A program made the position numbers and the translations under genes. DNA of 39,946 nt, from contig NC_068983.1 of NCBI RefSeq assembly GCF_001194135.2, positions 123,198,303-123,238,248 of the forward strand. Reading direction: 5' to 3'. This stretch comes from Octopus bimaculoides. Its lineage: Eukaryota. Below are positions 1 through 13,256 of this stretch, piece after piece (the first letter of the stretch is position 1; every line of letters starts with the position of its first letter). The notes beneath the pieces are model-generated. The model was not told where the DNA came from. It made no database searches and saw only the letters and a program-made list of their open reading frames with translations.

Positions 1-18
1 TATGCTTATATATATAAT

Positions 19-280
19 ATAGGTAATCTTCAAGTTTAGGGGATAAAAAATAAATAAAAATATTCAAGGGAAGTAACTGAACGTCTTACCGGTATTCTCC
101 GTACATCTCTGTTTATAAATAAATCACACACGTGATTTGATTGACGTTAGGGTTAGGATTAGGGTGTGATTTATTTATAAACAGCTAGAAGAAAACGGAT
201 AATACTGGTAAGTCGTTCAGTTATTTCCCTTGAATATTTTTATTTATTTTTTTATCCCCCTAAACTTGAAGATTACCTAT
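19..280. mobile_element. Foldback/MITE-like palindrome, TA-flanked, with telomere-like hexamers in the loop
   Basis: Arm 19-129 (ATAGGTAATCTTCAAG...AAATCACAC) is the imperfect reverse complement of 164-280. The centre contains gttagggttaggattagggt. (TA)n on both sides. Confidence 0.8.
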
Positions 281-2080
281 AATATATATATATATATAAT
301 ATGCTTGTACATATACATATATGTGTGTGTGTGTTGGAGGGTGGTAATTCAATTTCTTTGGCTGTGCAACACCAGCCAACATGACATATATCCACATAAA
401 CATCCAGCTATTATCAATCTATCCAACAAAACCAATTTATCACTACATAGACTCAGTCAGTCAAGCCGCTGTTTAGTAGTAAAAACGGATGTGATTGCTC
501 GTATAAAAATCTGAGGTGGAAACACTGTTTTACTTGGACGTCATGAGTTGATCTATATACATATACATATATATATATGTATATATATATATATGTATGC
601 ATACACATATGTGTATGTCAACTTGTTGAAATTCAAAACCTACAAAAAATTTAAACAGTTAAGTATGTTTTCTACCGCTTGCAATTAATCATGTACTTAT
701 AAAACATACGTACGTATTCTTTTCTTATATCTTTTTACCTGTGTGTATTATCTTTTTTTTTTCACTTTTAATTTCAATAATATTTTAGTGTTTTCACCTC
801 CCAAACCTAATACCTATCGCACACGAGCCTATACGCTGTCGCTCGGTCTGCTAGAAATAGTAGCTAAATCTAGCTCAAATCACACCTTCCCATCTTTAAA
901 AAGGAATATTAAGTAATGTAGACCTCTGTATAATACTATATTTGAATGTAAGATGCAATGGTCATGGATAGAACGCCTGTAATCATACTCTGCTGGATCA
1001 GGGGTGATCTCTGACTAAACACTGTAATGCACTAAACCTTTGTGGTGATTCACAAGATGTTTTCTTTGACTCATACACACGTTAACGAACCTTTGTTATA
1101 AGAATATATATATTTAGTTTAGGATTTCGTTTGAAGCTTAATATGTGTTATATACACGCCGACGTATGTGTATACATTCAGGTATATTAGGGGTGTTGTG
1201 CTTTATAGGTGGCTAACTTCTATAAGAAATTGAGGGTACAACCAAATTTCAGTATTAAATTAGAACCGCTTTCTCTTCTGTATTGTCTGTGTGGCTATGG
1301 AAAGAATATAAACATCGTACGATCCTGCCGTTCCTAACTTTCAATTTCTGTGCACGATGTCTATGATAAAATCGGTGTAATTATGATTGTATATCGACCT
1401 TGAACATTTCTTTATTCTTTCACTTTCTCTAATTATTATCGTTCGTAATCCAATTCACTTACACAACTGATATGATTTTAGAAAGCATCAACATTACTAT
1501 AATTTATTTTTACTCCTACACTCCCTAAAATATCACACCTAGAATTTGAGATGACCCCATCAATAAATATGTGTTGTACTATTATACTTTAACACTATGA
1601 AGTTAGTCCGATATTTCACTTGTTTTAAGTTCAAATCTCGAATGGTGTCAACAATGTAATGTGATTCTGGTAGTTAAATTTATACGAAACCAGTTAACAA
1701 TAATAACTAACACCCGAATGTAACAGAATTTATCATATTAAATGCAACGACTAGTGACAAAATAATCCACATTTAATACTTATTATTTAATTAATCTTAC
1801 AACAAATTTAATGATCTCTGGAACCCTTTGACCCTCAGGAGGAATTTCGTGGACCCACAGGATTAATACACTGCTCACAGATGATTATTGAGAATATTTG
1901 TATGGAAATGAAAATAAAATTTAGGAGTGCTTATTTACTGGGTCTTTCATGAAGATATATTTTGGTGCTTCTCTGTCCACCAGAGTCTAGCTTGTCTGAA
2001 CATTTCAGAAGCTTTTAAATATTGCTTCAAATCTTTTATCACCGTTAATACATTTCGTCACTAATCATTAAATATTAAGG

Positions 2081-2331
2081 TCTTCTTGGGCCTGCCTCTT
2101 CCACAGGTTCCCTCAACTGCTAGGGTGTGGCACTTTTTCACACTGCTATCCTCATCCATTCTTGTCACATGTCCATACCAGTGCAATCATCTCTCTTGCA
2201 CATCACAACTGATGCTTCTTAGGTCTACCTTTTCTCTCAAGGTACTTACACTCTGTCTAGTATGCACACTGACATTACACATCCATCGGAGCATACTGGC
2301 TTCGTTTCTTGCGAGCTTACGCATGTCTTCA
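2081..2331 (-). mobile_element. RTE-clade LINE ORF2 C-terminal fragment
   Basis: Minus strand reads EDMRKLARNEASMLRWMCNVSVHTRQSVSTLREKVDLRSISCDVQER, then ...GTCGRGRP in another frame. Same family as 4619-4853 and 27870-28300. Confidence 0.85.
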
Positions 2332-2386
<55 letters not shown>

Positions 2387-2728
2387 AGTGTATATGTCTA
2401 TACATATATTTATATATTTTTATATATAACGTTGACCACTAACGTGGACATTCAATGTGCTAGAAATAGATCACATCTTGTGTCTACTAAGACCTAAATT
2501 GTTCTCAAAACGGAATTTACCTTCCCTTTTTTCTTTTTTCTTACTCTTCCTTTCTCATCTCTCTTCTTCCCTAATTTTTTTTTTGTATTCTCATGAAATA
2601 AAAGATTTTCATCTAGGTTGTAAAAAAAATTTTGATATTTTTCTCTTACATTCTTTTTATTAATTTTCTTTATTTTTTCTTTATTTTTTTTTTCTCTAGT
2701 ATATTATAAGTTGAAGAGAACTTCCATC

Positions 2729-2923
2729 ATGTCTTCAAGTTGCTTTCTTCGACCACTTCCTCTCTCCATGTTTCTACTCATCTCATTCTCCCTTGTATAT
2801 TTGGTCTTTGATGCATATTCAGTCTACAAGATTCCATTTCGTCTTCTTCCACGGAAAACTGAGCATGACCGAAATCGTGACTATTCTCGGTGGCCAACCT
2901 ACAAGCACATGAACTTTAATAAT
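2729..2923 (+). CDS. Exon 1 (first coding): MSSSCFLRPLPLSMFLLISFSLVYLVFDAYS...HMNFNN, with hydrophobic segment
   Basis: ATG in ccatcATG context, 65 open codons, donor gtaagt at 2924 (phase 0 matches exon 2). Upstream pyrimidine tract with AG at 2698-2699 or 2709-2710. No conserved motif anchors it, so it is less certain than the core exons. Confidence 0.75.
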
Positions 2924-5900
2924 GTAAGTCAAACTGAATTTATACATTGTTCAGGAAGTTAATGATTTTTCTCATTATCTATCTTTTTTACAGCTGTGCA
3001 AACTTTACTGTATCAATCTACTTTAGAAATGAACTAGCTTTGTAGGTAAACTATTGAATCCCTTGTTGTAAGTTGAAATCCAATACAGACATATTCTGTA
3101 TTGTCTTTTCATTCCAACTATGTTTATCTGGTATCTGACACTCTTGCAATGTTATTTTTATTAAATTTGTGTCCTAGCCAGGAGCAAGGTTTATGTCTCA
3201 TCTACTTCAAACTATGGTACTAGAGCTAAATACCAACACTTTGAGAATCCTCAAGAGTCAGTAAGTGATAATTTAAAATGAGGAATTTGTAGTTTTCACA
3301 AGTATGTAAATTTAAATATCACTATGTTATCTAGTTGATAAAGCCTGTGATAATCTGCAATTTCTAACTAGTATTGATACAAGTTTTGAATAGCATAAAA
3401 TGTGTTAAGATATCCCTCGGAGTCTTCTTACTACTAGCAGGAAGAGTCTAACATTTATTGTTGGACTCACAATCATGAGGTAGTGAGTTCAGTTCTTGGA
3501 CTGGACTGTGTGTTGTGTTCTTGAGCAAGACACTTTATTTCATGTTGCTCCAGTTCACTCAGCTGTAGAAATAAGTTGCAACATCACTGATACCAAGCTG
3601 TGTTGGCTTTTGCTTTTCCCTTGGATAACATCAGCGGCATGGAGAGAGGAAGCTGGTATGCATGGGCAACTGCTGGTCTTCCATAAACAAGCATGTAAGG
3701 ACTTGTGCCTTGAAGGGGAAATTTCTAGGTGCAGTCCCATGGTCACTCATGACCAAAGAGGGTTTTTACCCTTTATCCTAGTTATTTTCTCCAGGCCTAC
3801 TCTAATCAAGCAGATCTGTGATGAAAGGCATGACAAGCTATGACAATCCCATCTTTAAGAGTAAATTAGGCTGGATCAGTCTATTGTATCTTGTCCTGAT
3901 ATGACAATAGAGAGAATTGGATGATATTCCTTGCAAGTTGAACAACTAAATAGAGGCTCCATGAAATAAGGAGGTCATGCAGTTTTAGTTCAGTAATTGC
4001 TATCATGGCATCACCATTCATGAATAAGATAACTCATTCTTTATCAGTTACAAGGTTGTAACATTCCAAATCTTTGTCTTTGATAACATGCTTTCCAAGA
4101 CATTAGTTTTTCATTCATATCTATATCAGCATGGCAATCATTAACCTTATACCTCAAGAGATACTTTTGATTTCTTTTGACATTGTTCAATTCATTTATC
4201 CATAAGGCTCACCAGATTCAAATATCCTAAAGTTGACAACAGCTCATTAAGTTTCATCCCGTTTACTGTTGTCAGCAATACAGTCATCATCCATGGGTCA
4301 CATACATGACTCAATTCATGCAGGTAGACCATTTCTGTTTAGGGGTTTGTACTTCTAAAATCATATATAATTTATGTGAAAAGTTTTAGCTTTTCTTGTA
4401 AAATATGTATATGTGTTTTTGTATGTGGATATATATATATGATATCTGATATACATCATCATCATCATTATCGTTTAACGTCCGCTTTCCATGCTAGCAT
4501 GGGTTGGACAATTTGACTGAGGACTGGTGAACCAGGTGGCTACACCAGGCTCCAATCTGATTTGGCAGAGTTTCTACAGCTGGATGCCCTTCCTAACACC
4601 AACTACTCCGAGAGTGTATGCTCCGATGGATGTGTAATGTCAGTGTGCATACTCGACAGAGTGTAAGTACCTTGAGAGAAAAGATAGACCTAAGAAGCAT
4701 CAGTTGTGGTGTGCAAGAGAGACGATTGCGCTGGTATGGTCATGTGGCAAGAATGGATGAGGATAGCTGTGGGAAAAATGTCACACCTTAGCGGTTGAGG
4801 GAACCTGTGGAAGAGGTAGACCCAGGAAGACCTGGGATGAGGTTGTGAAGCACATACACACACATACAGAGAGCCAGAACACTTATTGTGAAGCAATCTA
4901 TTTAACTCTGCCAAGAGGCTGCCTATCATCATCTTCATCATCTATATAATATATATATACATGTGTGTCTTCATTATTTGATTTTTGTTAGATACTCTTA
5001 TATATTTTAGTCATGCATATCATTTTAACATGCTATGCTTTCCAGCACATTTTAAAATTTGTTTATATATATATATATATCATCATCATCATCATCATCA
5101 TCGTTTAACGTCCGCTTTCCATGCTAGCATGGGTTGGACGATTTGACTGAGGACTGGTGAAACCGGATGGCAACACCAGGCTCCAATCTAATTTGGCAGA
5201 GTTTCTACAGCTGGATGCCCTTCCTAACGCCAACCACTCAGAGAGTGTAGTGGGTGCTTTTACGTGTCACCCGCACGAAAACGGCCACGCTCGAAATGGT
5301 GTCTTTTATGTGCCACCTGCACAAGAGCCAGTCCAGGGGCACTGGCAACGATCTCNNNNNNNNNNNNNNNNNNNNNNNNNNNNNNNNNNNNNNNNNNNNN
5401 NNNNNNNNNNNNNNNNNNNNNNNNNNNNNNNNNNNNNNNNNNNNNNNNNNNNNNNNNNNNNNNNNNNNNNNNNNNNNNNNNNNNNNNNNNNNNNNNNNNN
5501 NNNNNNNNNNNNNNNNNNNNNNNNNNNNNNNNNNNNNNNNNNNNNNNNNNNNNNNNNNNNNNNNNNNNNNNNNNNNNNNNNNNNNNNNNNNNNNNNNNNN
5601 NNNNNNNNNNNNNNNNNNNNNNNNNNNNNNNNNNNNNNNNNNNNNNNNNNNNNNNNNNNNNNNNNNNNNNNNNNNNNNNNNNNNNNNNNNNNNNNNNNNN
5701 NNNNNNNNNNNNNNNNNNNNNNNNNNNNNNNNNNNNNNNNNNNNNNNNNNNNNNNNNNNNNNNNNNNNNNNNNNNNNNNNNNNNNNNNNNNNNNNNNNNN
5801 NNNNNNNNNNNNNNNNNNNNNNNNNNNNNNNNNNNNNNNNNNNNNNNNNNNNNNNNNNNNNNNNNNNNNNNNNNNNNNNNNNNNNNNNNNNNNNNNNNNN

Positions 5901-8467
5901 NNNNNNNNNNNNNNNNNNNNNNNNNNNNNNNNNNNNNNNNNNNNGCGCACCCACCCCCACTACTAACTTGGTCACCCAGATAGCGGAAGCTATCGACTAC
6001 CTCTAGTTTTTCTCCCTGGAATGAGATAGAAGTTGTTTCCTGTTTGTTTACAGTGTTTATTGCACCTGAACATCTGCCACATACAAAAACTAACTTCGTA
6101 GTTAATCTGCCTTTGATATTGCTGCACCTCTTATGTGTCCATAGCTTGCACCGGGTACATCTTATAGAGTTACTACCTACTCCTTTACTGCATACTGGAG
6201 TAGGTAGTAACTCTATATATATATATATATACATACACTCACATTCACTAATAAATGCACACACACACACATATAGTTTACATTTGTATGTTTCAGGAAT
6301 GGTTCAAGTTACACTGTTGGAACAATGAGAAAATTTCAATCTCTAATCTATATTCTGTCCTGAAGACACTAAAAATGTCTTCACTAAATGAGTGCAGGTA
6401 AGTTGATCTGTATATCTTCCTAGTGAACTTTTCTAAATGTTGACCTATCTGTCATTGCTTCTACTTGTGCTTCTTTATCTATTTCTTGCATCTTTTTTTT
6501 TTTTGTCTATTTGCCTATCTGTCTTTCTCTTCCTCTTTTTATCTCACTGTCTTTTTCAACGTATATTTAGCTATTTATCTGCATCTATCAGTGTATTCCC
6601 ACTGTCTGTATATTTGTGTATAGGATTAATGCATGTATGTACACATGCACATATATATACACATCAATCAGATGATTATATTTCACACCTGTGTAAAATT
6701 ACCATTTATTTACTATACATATATTTGTTCATTTTTACATATATATATGATGATGACACGCATGTATCTTAACATCCGTTTGCAGATGTATGGGGTTGGC
6801 TTACCTGTTCTAATAAATCTTCAGTAATCAAGATTCCTATGTACTGACCAAATTCACATAACATAGTTACACCAATATCTCTAAATAGATACAACATGCC
6901 TTGACTGTTATACTATACAAACAGCCGTATTGCATGATTCTCTTGTGTGTGGATTTTAGTGAATCTGCTTTGGTTTAATTACATTTCTATTTTTTAAATA
7001 CCTATTTCTCTCTCCATCAGAGAACTGTACGACAGAATCTCCAGTATATTCAGTGTAACTCAGAGGTCAGGTCAACTTGTGCTACCATCCCCATTTGTTG
7101 TGAAAGTGAGAAAATGGTTAGGTGGGAATCCATCATTATTTGCAGAAGCTAAATATCAGGTAAGTAAAATGTTTAAATGTCCAAGTGTATAGTGTGTATA
7201 TATATATATATATANNNNNNNNNNNNNNNNNNNNNNNNNNNNNNNNNNNNNNNNNNNNNNNNNNNNNNNNNNNNNNNNNNNNNNNNNNNNNNNNNNNNNN
7301 NNNNNNNNNNNNNNATAGTGTATATATACATATAGTATATATATATATATATATATAGTATGTTAAATATTCCAAGGAATTTCATTAACAAAGTATTGGT
7401 TTTGAAGTTTTCTTGCCAATATTTATCTCCATTAAGGCAGTGAGCTGACAGAATTGTTAGTGTGCTGAGCAAAATGCTTAGTAGTATTTTGTCTGTTTTT
7501 AAGTTCTGAGTTCAAATGCTGCCAAGGTTGACTTTACCTGTCATCGTTTTGGGGTTAGTAAAATAGATACCAGCTGAGTACTGGGCTCAATGAAATCAAC
7601 TTACCCCCTCACTTGAAATTACTGGCATTGTGCCAAAATTTAAAACCATTATTTATATCCATACACTGACATACATTTATATCAATATATGAGAAGGTGC
7701 TGAGAAGTTCATGGATTTGGGGAAAAGAAAATACAGGAGGATCTGGTTATTATGGTTTTAGTCAATATATTCCCCTCCCAGATTCACACACTTATTGCAG
7801 CAGTCCTTCAGGTGTTCTAAGCCCTGTAAAAGAACTCAGAAGGTTAGACTTTCAACCAGGCTTTTTGCAATACCCTTAAAGCCTGGAACTTTTTAACACC
7901 CGCGTACATGTGTGTGTGTGTTTCATAAGCTTCCTAATAGTTTCTATCTACCAAATTGCTCTTACATTGCTGTAGTAGAAGACACTTCCTTGCTGCACAT
8001 TAGGATCAAACCTGGAACCTTGTATTTGTGAATTGAACCAAGCAATCATGCCAGCATTCATTTACTCTCTGTTTAATACAATGATGCCTTCTGCTTGTCT
8101 TTTCTAGCACATCACTCTTGCCTTTAATGAATACACACGTGACAATACTATGTTTAATCCTCTTCGCTCAAAACGTCCTCTCCAGAAACCAAATCAACCA
8201 CAAAGAGAATAGTGAGTATCTATAGAGAATTGTTTTACTTGTCATCATCATCATTATTATGGTGGGGAGTTGGCTGAATCATTAGCATGTTGGACAAAAT
8301 GTTTAGCCACATTTCATCTGTCTATGTGTTCTGAGTTCAAATTCCACTGAGGACTTTACCTTTCACCCTTTCAGGGTTGTTAAAATAAGTACCAATTGAA
8401 CTCTGGGGTTAATGTAAACAATTTACCCTCTCCCCCTAAATTGCTGGCCTTGTGCCAAAATTTGTAA

Positions 8468-8501
<34 letters not shown>

Positions 8502-11500
8502 CATTATTATTATTATTATTACAGTGTAGAGCTAGCAGGATCATTAACATGCCGAGCAAAATGTTCAACAGCATTTTGTCTATACATTCTAAGTTCAAAT
8601 TCCACCAAGATTCAATTTTGCCTTTCATCCTTTTGAGATCAGACAAATAAGTACCAGTCAAGCACTGGGATCTATGTAAGTAACTAATCCCCTCTCCCAA
8701 AATTCCAGGCCTTGTGCCTGGCAGAATCATTAGCACACCAGGTAAAATGTTTAGCAGCATTTTGTTCATCTTTATGTTCAGAATTCAAGTGCCATTGGGG
8801 TGGACTTTGCCTTTCATCCCCTTTTGGGGTTGATAAAGTAAGTACCAGTTGAGTACTTGGGTTGATGTAATTGACTTACTCCTCCCCTGAAATTGTTGAC
8901 CTTGTGCCAAAATTTGAAACCATTATTACTATTATTATTATTTCCATTATTATTAAGGTTGTGAGCCGTGGAGGCGCAATGGCCCAGTGGTTAGGGCAGC
9001 GGACTCATGGCCATAGGATCACGGTTTCGATTCCCAGACCGGGCATTGTGAGTGTTTATTGAACGAAAACACCCAAAGCTCCACGAGGCTCCGGCAGGGG
9101 ATGGTGGTGAACCCTGCTGTACTCTTTCACCACAACTTTCTCTCACTCTTATTTCCTGTTTCTGTTGTGCCTGTAATTCAAAGGGTCAGCCTTGTCACAC
9201 TGTGTCATGCTGAATATCCCCGAGAACTACGTTAAGGGTACACATGTCTGTGGAGTGCTCAGCCACTTGCACGTTAATTTCACGAGCAGGCTGTTCCGTT
9301 GATCGGATCAACTGGAACCCTCGACGTCATAAGCGACGGAGTGCCAACAAAGGTTGTGAGCTAGTAGAATCATTAGTCATTATCATCATCACTTTTCCAT
9401 GTTTGCATGGATCAGATGGAATTTATTAAGGTAGATTTTCTATAGCCAGATACCCTTCCTATTGCCAACCCTCAACTGTTTCCAAACAAGGTAATATTTC
9501 CCCGTTGCCAGACATGTTTTCACAGAATATTGGAAATGAATGACAGTAAAAGTACCTTCCAGTATTTTCTTCTTGCATGCTACATTCTGAGTTCAAATCC
9601 TGACAAATAAACTTGGCTTTACATCCATTTGGCGGGGTTAGTCTAATTAACCCCTCCCATCAAAAATTGCTAGTTTTGTGCTTAAATTAGAAACTTTTAT
9701 TATTGTTATTTGTTTTGTTTTTGTTTTTTTGTTATTGTTATGATTAGGAAAATCATAAGAATATTGGATTTCTTCTGCCGCTTTACATTAAAATCCTGCT
9801 GTGGTCAACTTTAATTTTCATCTTTCTGGGGTTGATGAAATGAAGTACTAGTCAAATGCTGGAGTCCATATCAACTAAAGTCTCTTCCTAAAAAACTGTT
9901 GACCTTATATCTAAATCAGAAGCAATTATTATTATTAATGAGAGATGATACAATGTCATTAAGGATTTAATTACATTGAGTTTTAATTCTGTATGGAGTC
10001 TGGTTTGCCTTTTATTCAGCTGGGGGGAATTAAATCAATTACACTGCTCGCTCCATTGACATTTTGAGAGTTTGTTAAAGTGTCAGAAACAGTAAGACTA
10101 AATATGTCTTGCAATATTTTGTTAGGTCTCTTTATGTTTGATTTCAATTTACATTAAAAAAAAAAAATTATTATTTTTTATTTCTTTTGTTTTTTTTTTC
10201 CCCCCTGCAGTGTGGAAAAATTATCTGAGAAGACTGGTCAAAACTGTGACTTTTGTAAATATTCAAAGTAAGAAAATGTCTTCAAAATTATTTTCAGATA
10301 TTTTTGTTTTGTTTTTGTAGTTTTTTTGTTGTTTATTTGTTTTGTTGTTTTGTTATTTTTGTTCTTTTCATTTTTTTTTCTTTATATATGTCTGGTGTTG
10401 TGGAAATGGTTGTATCAGTAATGCATCAAACCAAATGCTTTATCTCTCAGCACCTTCAGTTTAAAATCTACCATGGATAATGAATTAAGGACTAGGAAAT
10501 ATTGAAGTACCAACATGGCTATAGCCTTTGGGCTGAAATGCATCAAAGAACAAAAGAATATATATATATGTGTTTGCATGTATGTAATGTATATATGTAT
10601 CTATGTATAAAATGCATATATGTATGTAATGTATATATGCATGTGATGTATGTATGAATGCATATATACATACACACATGCATACATATATACACACACT
10701 CACTCACCCACTCACTCACTCACTCACACATTCACTCACTCAGTGATACATTCTACAAAATGTGCCTTGTACCTTATCAAGAGAGATGTGAAAATTTTCA
10801 TTGCTGAGTAAGACATCTACCACATGGTTGTTCTTTAGTCTCATTTCAGCCCTGACTAAGCAGAACTATGATCAAAGATATTCCAACCTTGACCATTCCA
10901 TCTTTTTTTCGTATATCTGGGACTACATAGTCCAATATGCCCAGCCCATTTAAAAATTGTAGGGTATGATTTGAGGGTGATCTAGCATCTACTACTAGCA
11001 GGTTGCGTGAGTATGTAGTCTCTGTCATTGTCTCATATATATATATATATATACTAGCAGTATAGCCCGGCGCTGCTCGGGATTAAGTGCTTTATTTCAA
11101 ACCAAAATAAGTAACATCGACATCAGATTTGAGCGAAATCCGTTGAAATTGGTTTGGCTGAAAATGGTTTGCTGGCAATTTGATTGGGAAATCCCATAAG
11201 GAATCAGTTTATTGGTTATTTTCACTCATTGACTCTTTTTTTAAATGTTGCATTAGAGATCTGCATAGGAGAAGGTTGATCTGAAGGTTTGCATTGGGGA
11301 TCTGGATTGGAGTAACTTAGGAAAGCTTACCAACAACCTTAACCAAAAAATAAGGGGCCTGTCCCTTCTAGGTTAACTCTAACCCTAACCCCTAACNNNN
11401 NNNNNNNNNNNNNNNNNNNNNNNNNNNNNNNNNNNNNNNNNNNNNNNNNNNNNNNNNNNNNNNNNNNNNNNNNNNNNNNNNNNNNNNNNNNNNNNNNNNN

Positions 11501-13200
11501 NNNNNNNNNNNNNNNNNNNNNNNNNNNNNNNNNNNNNNNNNNNNNNNNNNNNNNNNNNNNNNNNNNNNNNNNNNNNNNNNNNNNNNNNNNNNNNNNNNNN
11601 NNNNNNNNNNNNNNNNNNNNNNNNNNNNNNNNNNNNNNNNNNNNNNNNNNNNNNNNNNNNNNNNNNNNNNNNNNNNNNNNNNNNTGTTTCATAGTTGTGA
11701 AATATAAACAAAACTCTTTCGCTCCCAAAGTAGTGTATGTGTGAGAGTGAGAGGAGGGAGAAAGATGAACGATTTAAAATAAATAAATGATTTAAAATAA
11801 ATATATTTTAATTGTTATGTGAGAAAGTATATATAATCTTATTATAGAATATAGTGTCTTTCAAAAACATCTTATATTTGAAACTATATCTCATGTTTAA
11901 GAAAAAAAAAATGCATTTTACTCTGTCTTCCTTAGCTGCATTTTCTTTCGTAATACGCTGTCTCCCTCTTCCACTTTTTAATTTTTTTTTTTTTTAGACG
12001 CTTGGCAAACACTCTGTTTCTCCCCTTGTCACAAACACACTATTTCTTTCTTTCTTTCTCTCTCTCTTTCTTTCTTTCTTTCTCCCTCTCTTTCTTTCTT
12101 TTTCTCTCTCTTTCTTTCTTTCTCTCTCTCTCGCTCTCTCTCTCCTTCACGCGCATACGCACAGATTTGACTTCGCCATGTCAAACTTCAAAATTGGTAA
12201 AAGTTTATCGATTTTTACAGCTATACGCGGGTGCCTCTGAGAGAAAAAGTTGACAAAAACACAGATAGGGTCATAAACAATGTCCTCCTNNNNNNNNNNN
12301 NNNNNNNNNNNNNNNNNNNNNNNNNNNNNNNNNNNNNNNNNNNNNNNNNNNNNNNNNNNNNNNNNNNNNNNNNNNNNNNNNNNNNNNNNNNNNNNNNNNN
12401 NNNNNNNNNNNNNNNNNNNNNNNNNNNNNNNNNNNNNNNNNNNNNNNNNNNNNNNNNNNNNNNNNNNNNNNNNNNNNNNNNNNNNNNNNNNNNNNNNNNN
12501 NNNNNNNNNNNNNNNNNNNNNNNNNNNNNNNNNNNNNNNNNNNNNNNNNNNNNNNNNNNNNNNNNNNNNNNNNNNNNNNNNNNNNNNNNNNNNNNNNNNN
12601 NNNNNNNNNNNNNNNNNNNNNNNNNNNNNNNNNNNNNNNNNNNNNNNNNNNNNNNNNNNNNNNNNNNNNNNNNNNNNNNNNNNNNNNNNNNNNNNNNNNN
12701 NNNNNNNNNNNNNNNNNNNNNNNNNNNNNNNNNNNNNNNNNNNNNNNNNNNNNNNNNNNNNNNNNNNNNNNNNNNNNNNNNNNNNNNNNNNNNNNNNNNN
12801 NNNNNNNNNNNNNNNNNNNNNNNNNNNNNNNNNNNNNNNNNNNNNNNNNNNNNNNNNNNNNNNNNNNNNNNNNNNNNNNNNNNNNNNNNNNNNNNNNNNN
12901 NNNNNNNNNNNNNNNNNNNGGGCAAGACATAAATAAGTCATTAAATATTGTTCCTTATTGTAGTAAATTTGCCTTACAGCTGTTTCCAGGAGTCATTATA
13001 AGTTTGTTATAGACAGGTTTACTCAATTGGCCCATTGATCATTTGAGAAAAATTGAATGATCTAAACTAATTAATGCTACTTTCATCTGTCATTTCTGGT
13101 TATAACTAAGCAATTGCAAAAAATTTTTTTAAATTTAATTGCCTTCGATTTTATATGGTTTTTAAATAACTCTATTTGGTTTGATTTGATTTTAACCTCA

Positions 13201-13256
<56 letters not shown>

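Noticed and set aside
8968-9045. tRNA-like sequence (also 16870-16946 and 13990-14060)
   Set aside because: These are SINE heads: they continue into a shared body with TSDs and lack a proper acceptor stem.
11379-11396. Possible chromosome end or telomere fusion
   Set aside because: Only about three hexamers are visible, inside an intron and an apparent mobile element.
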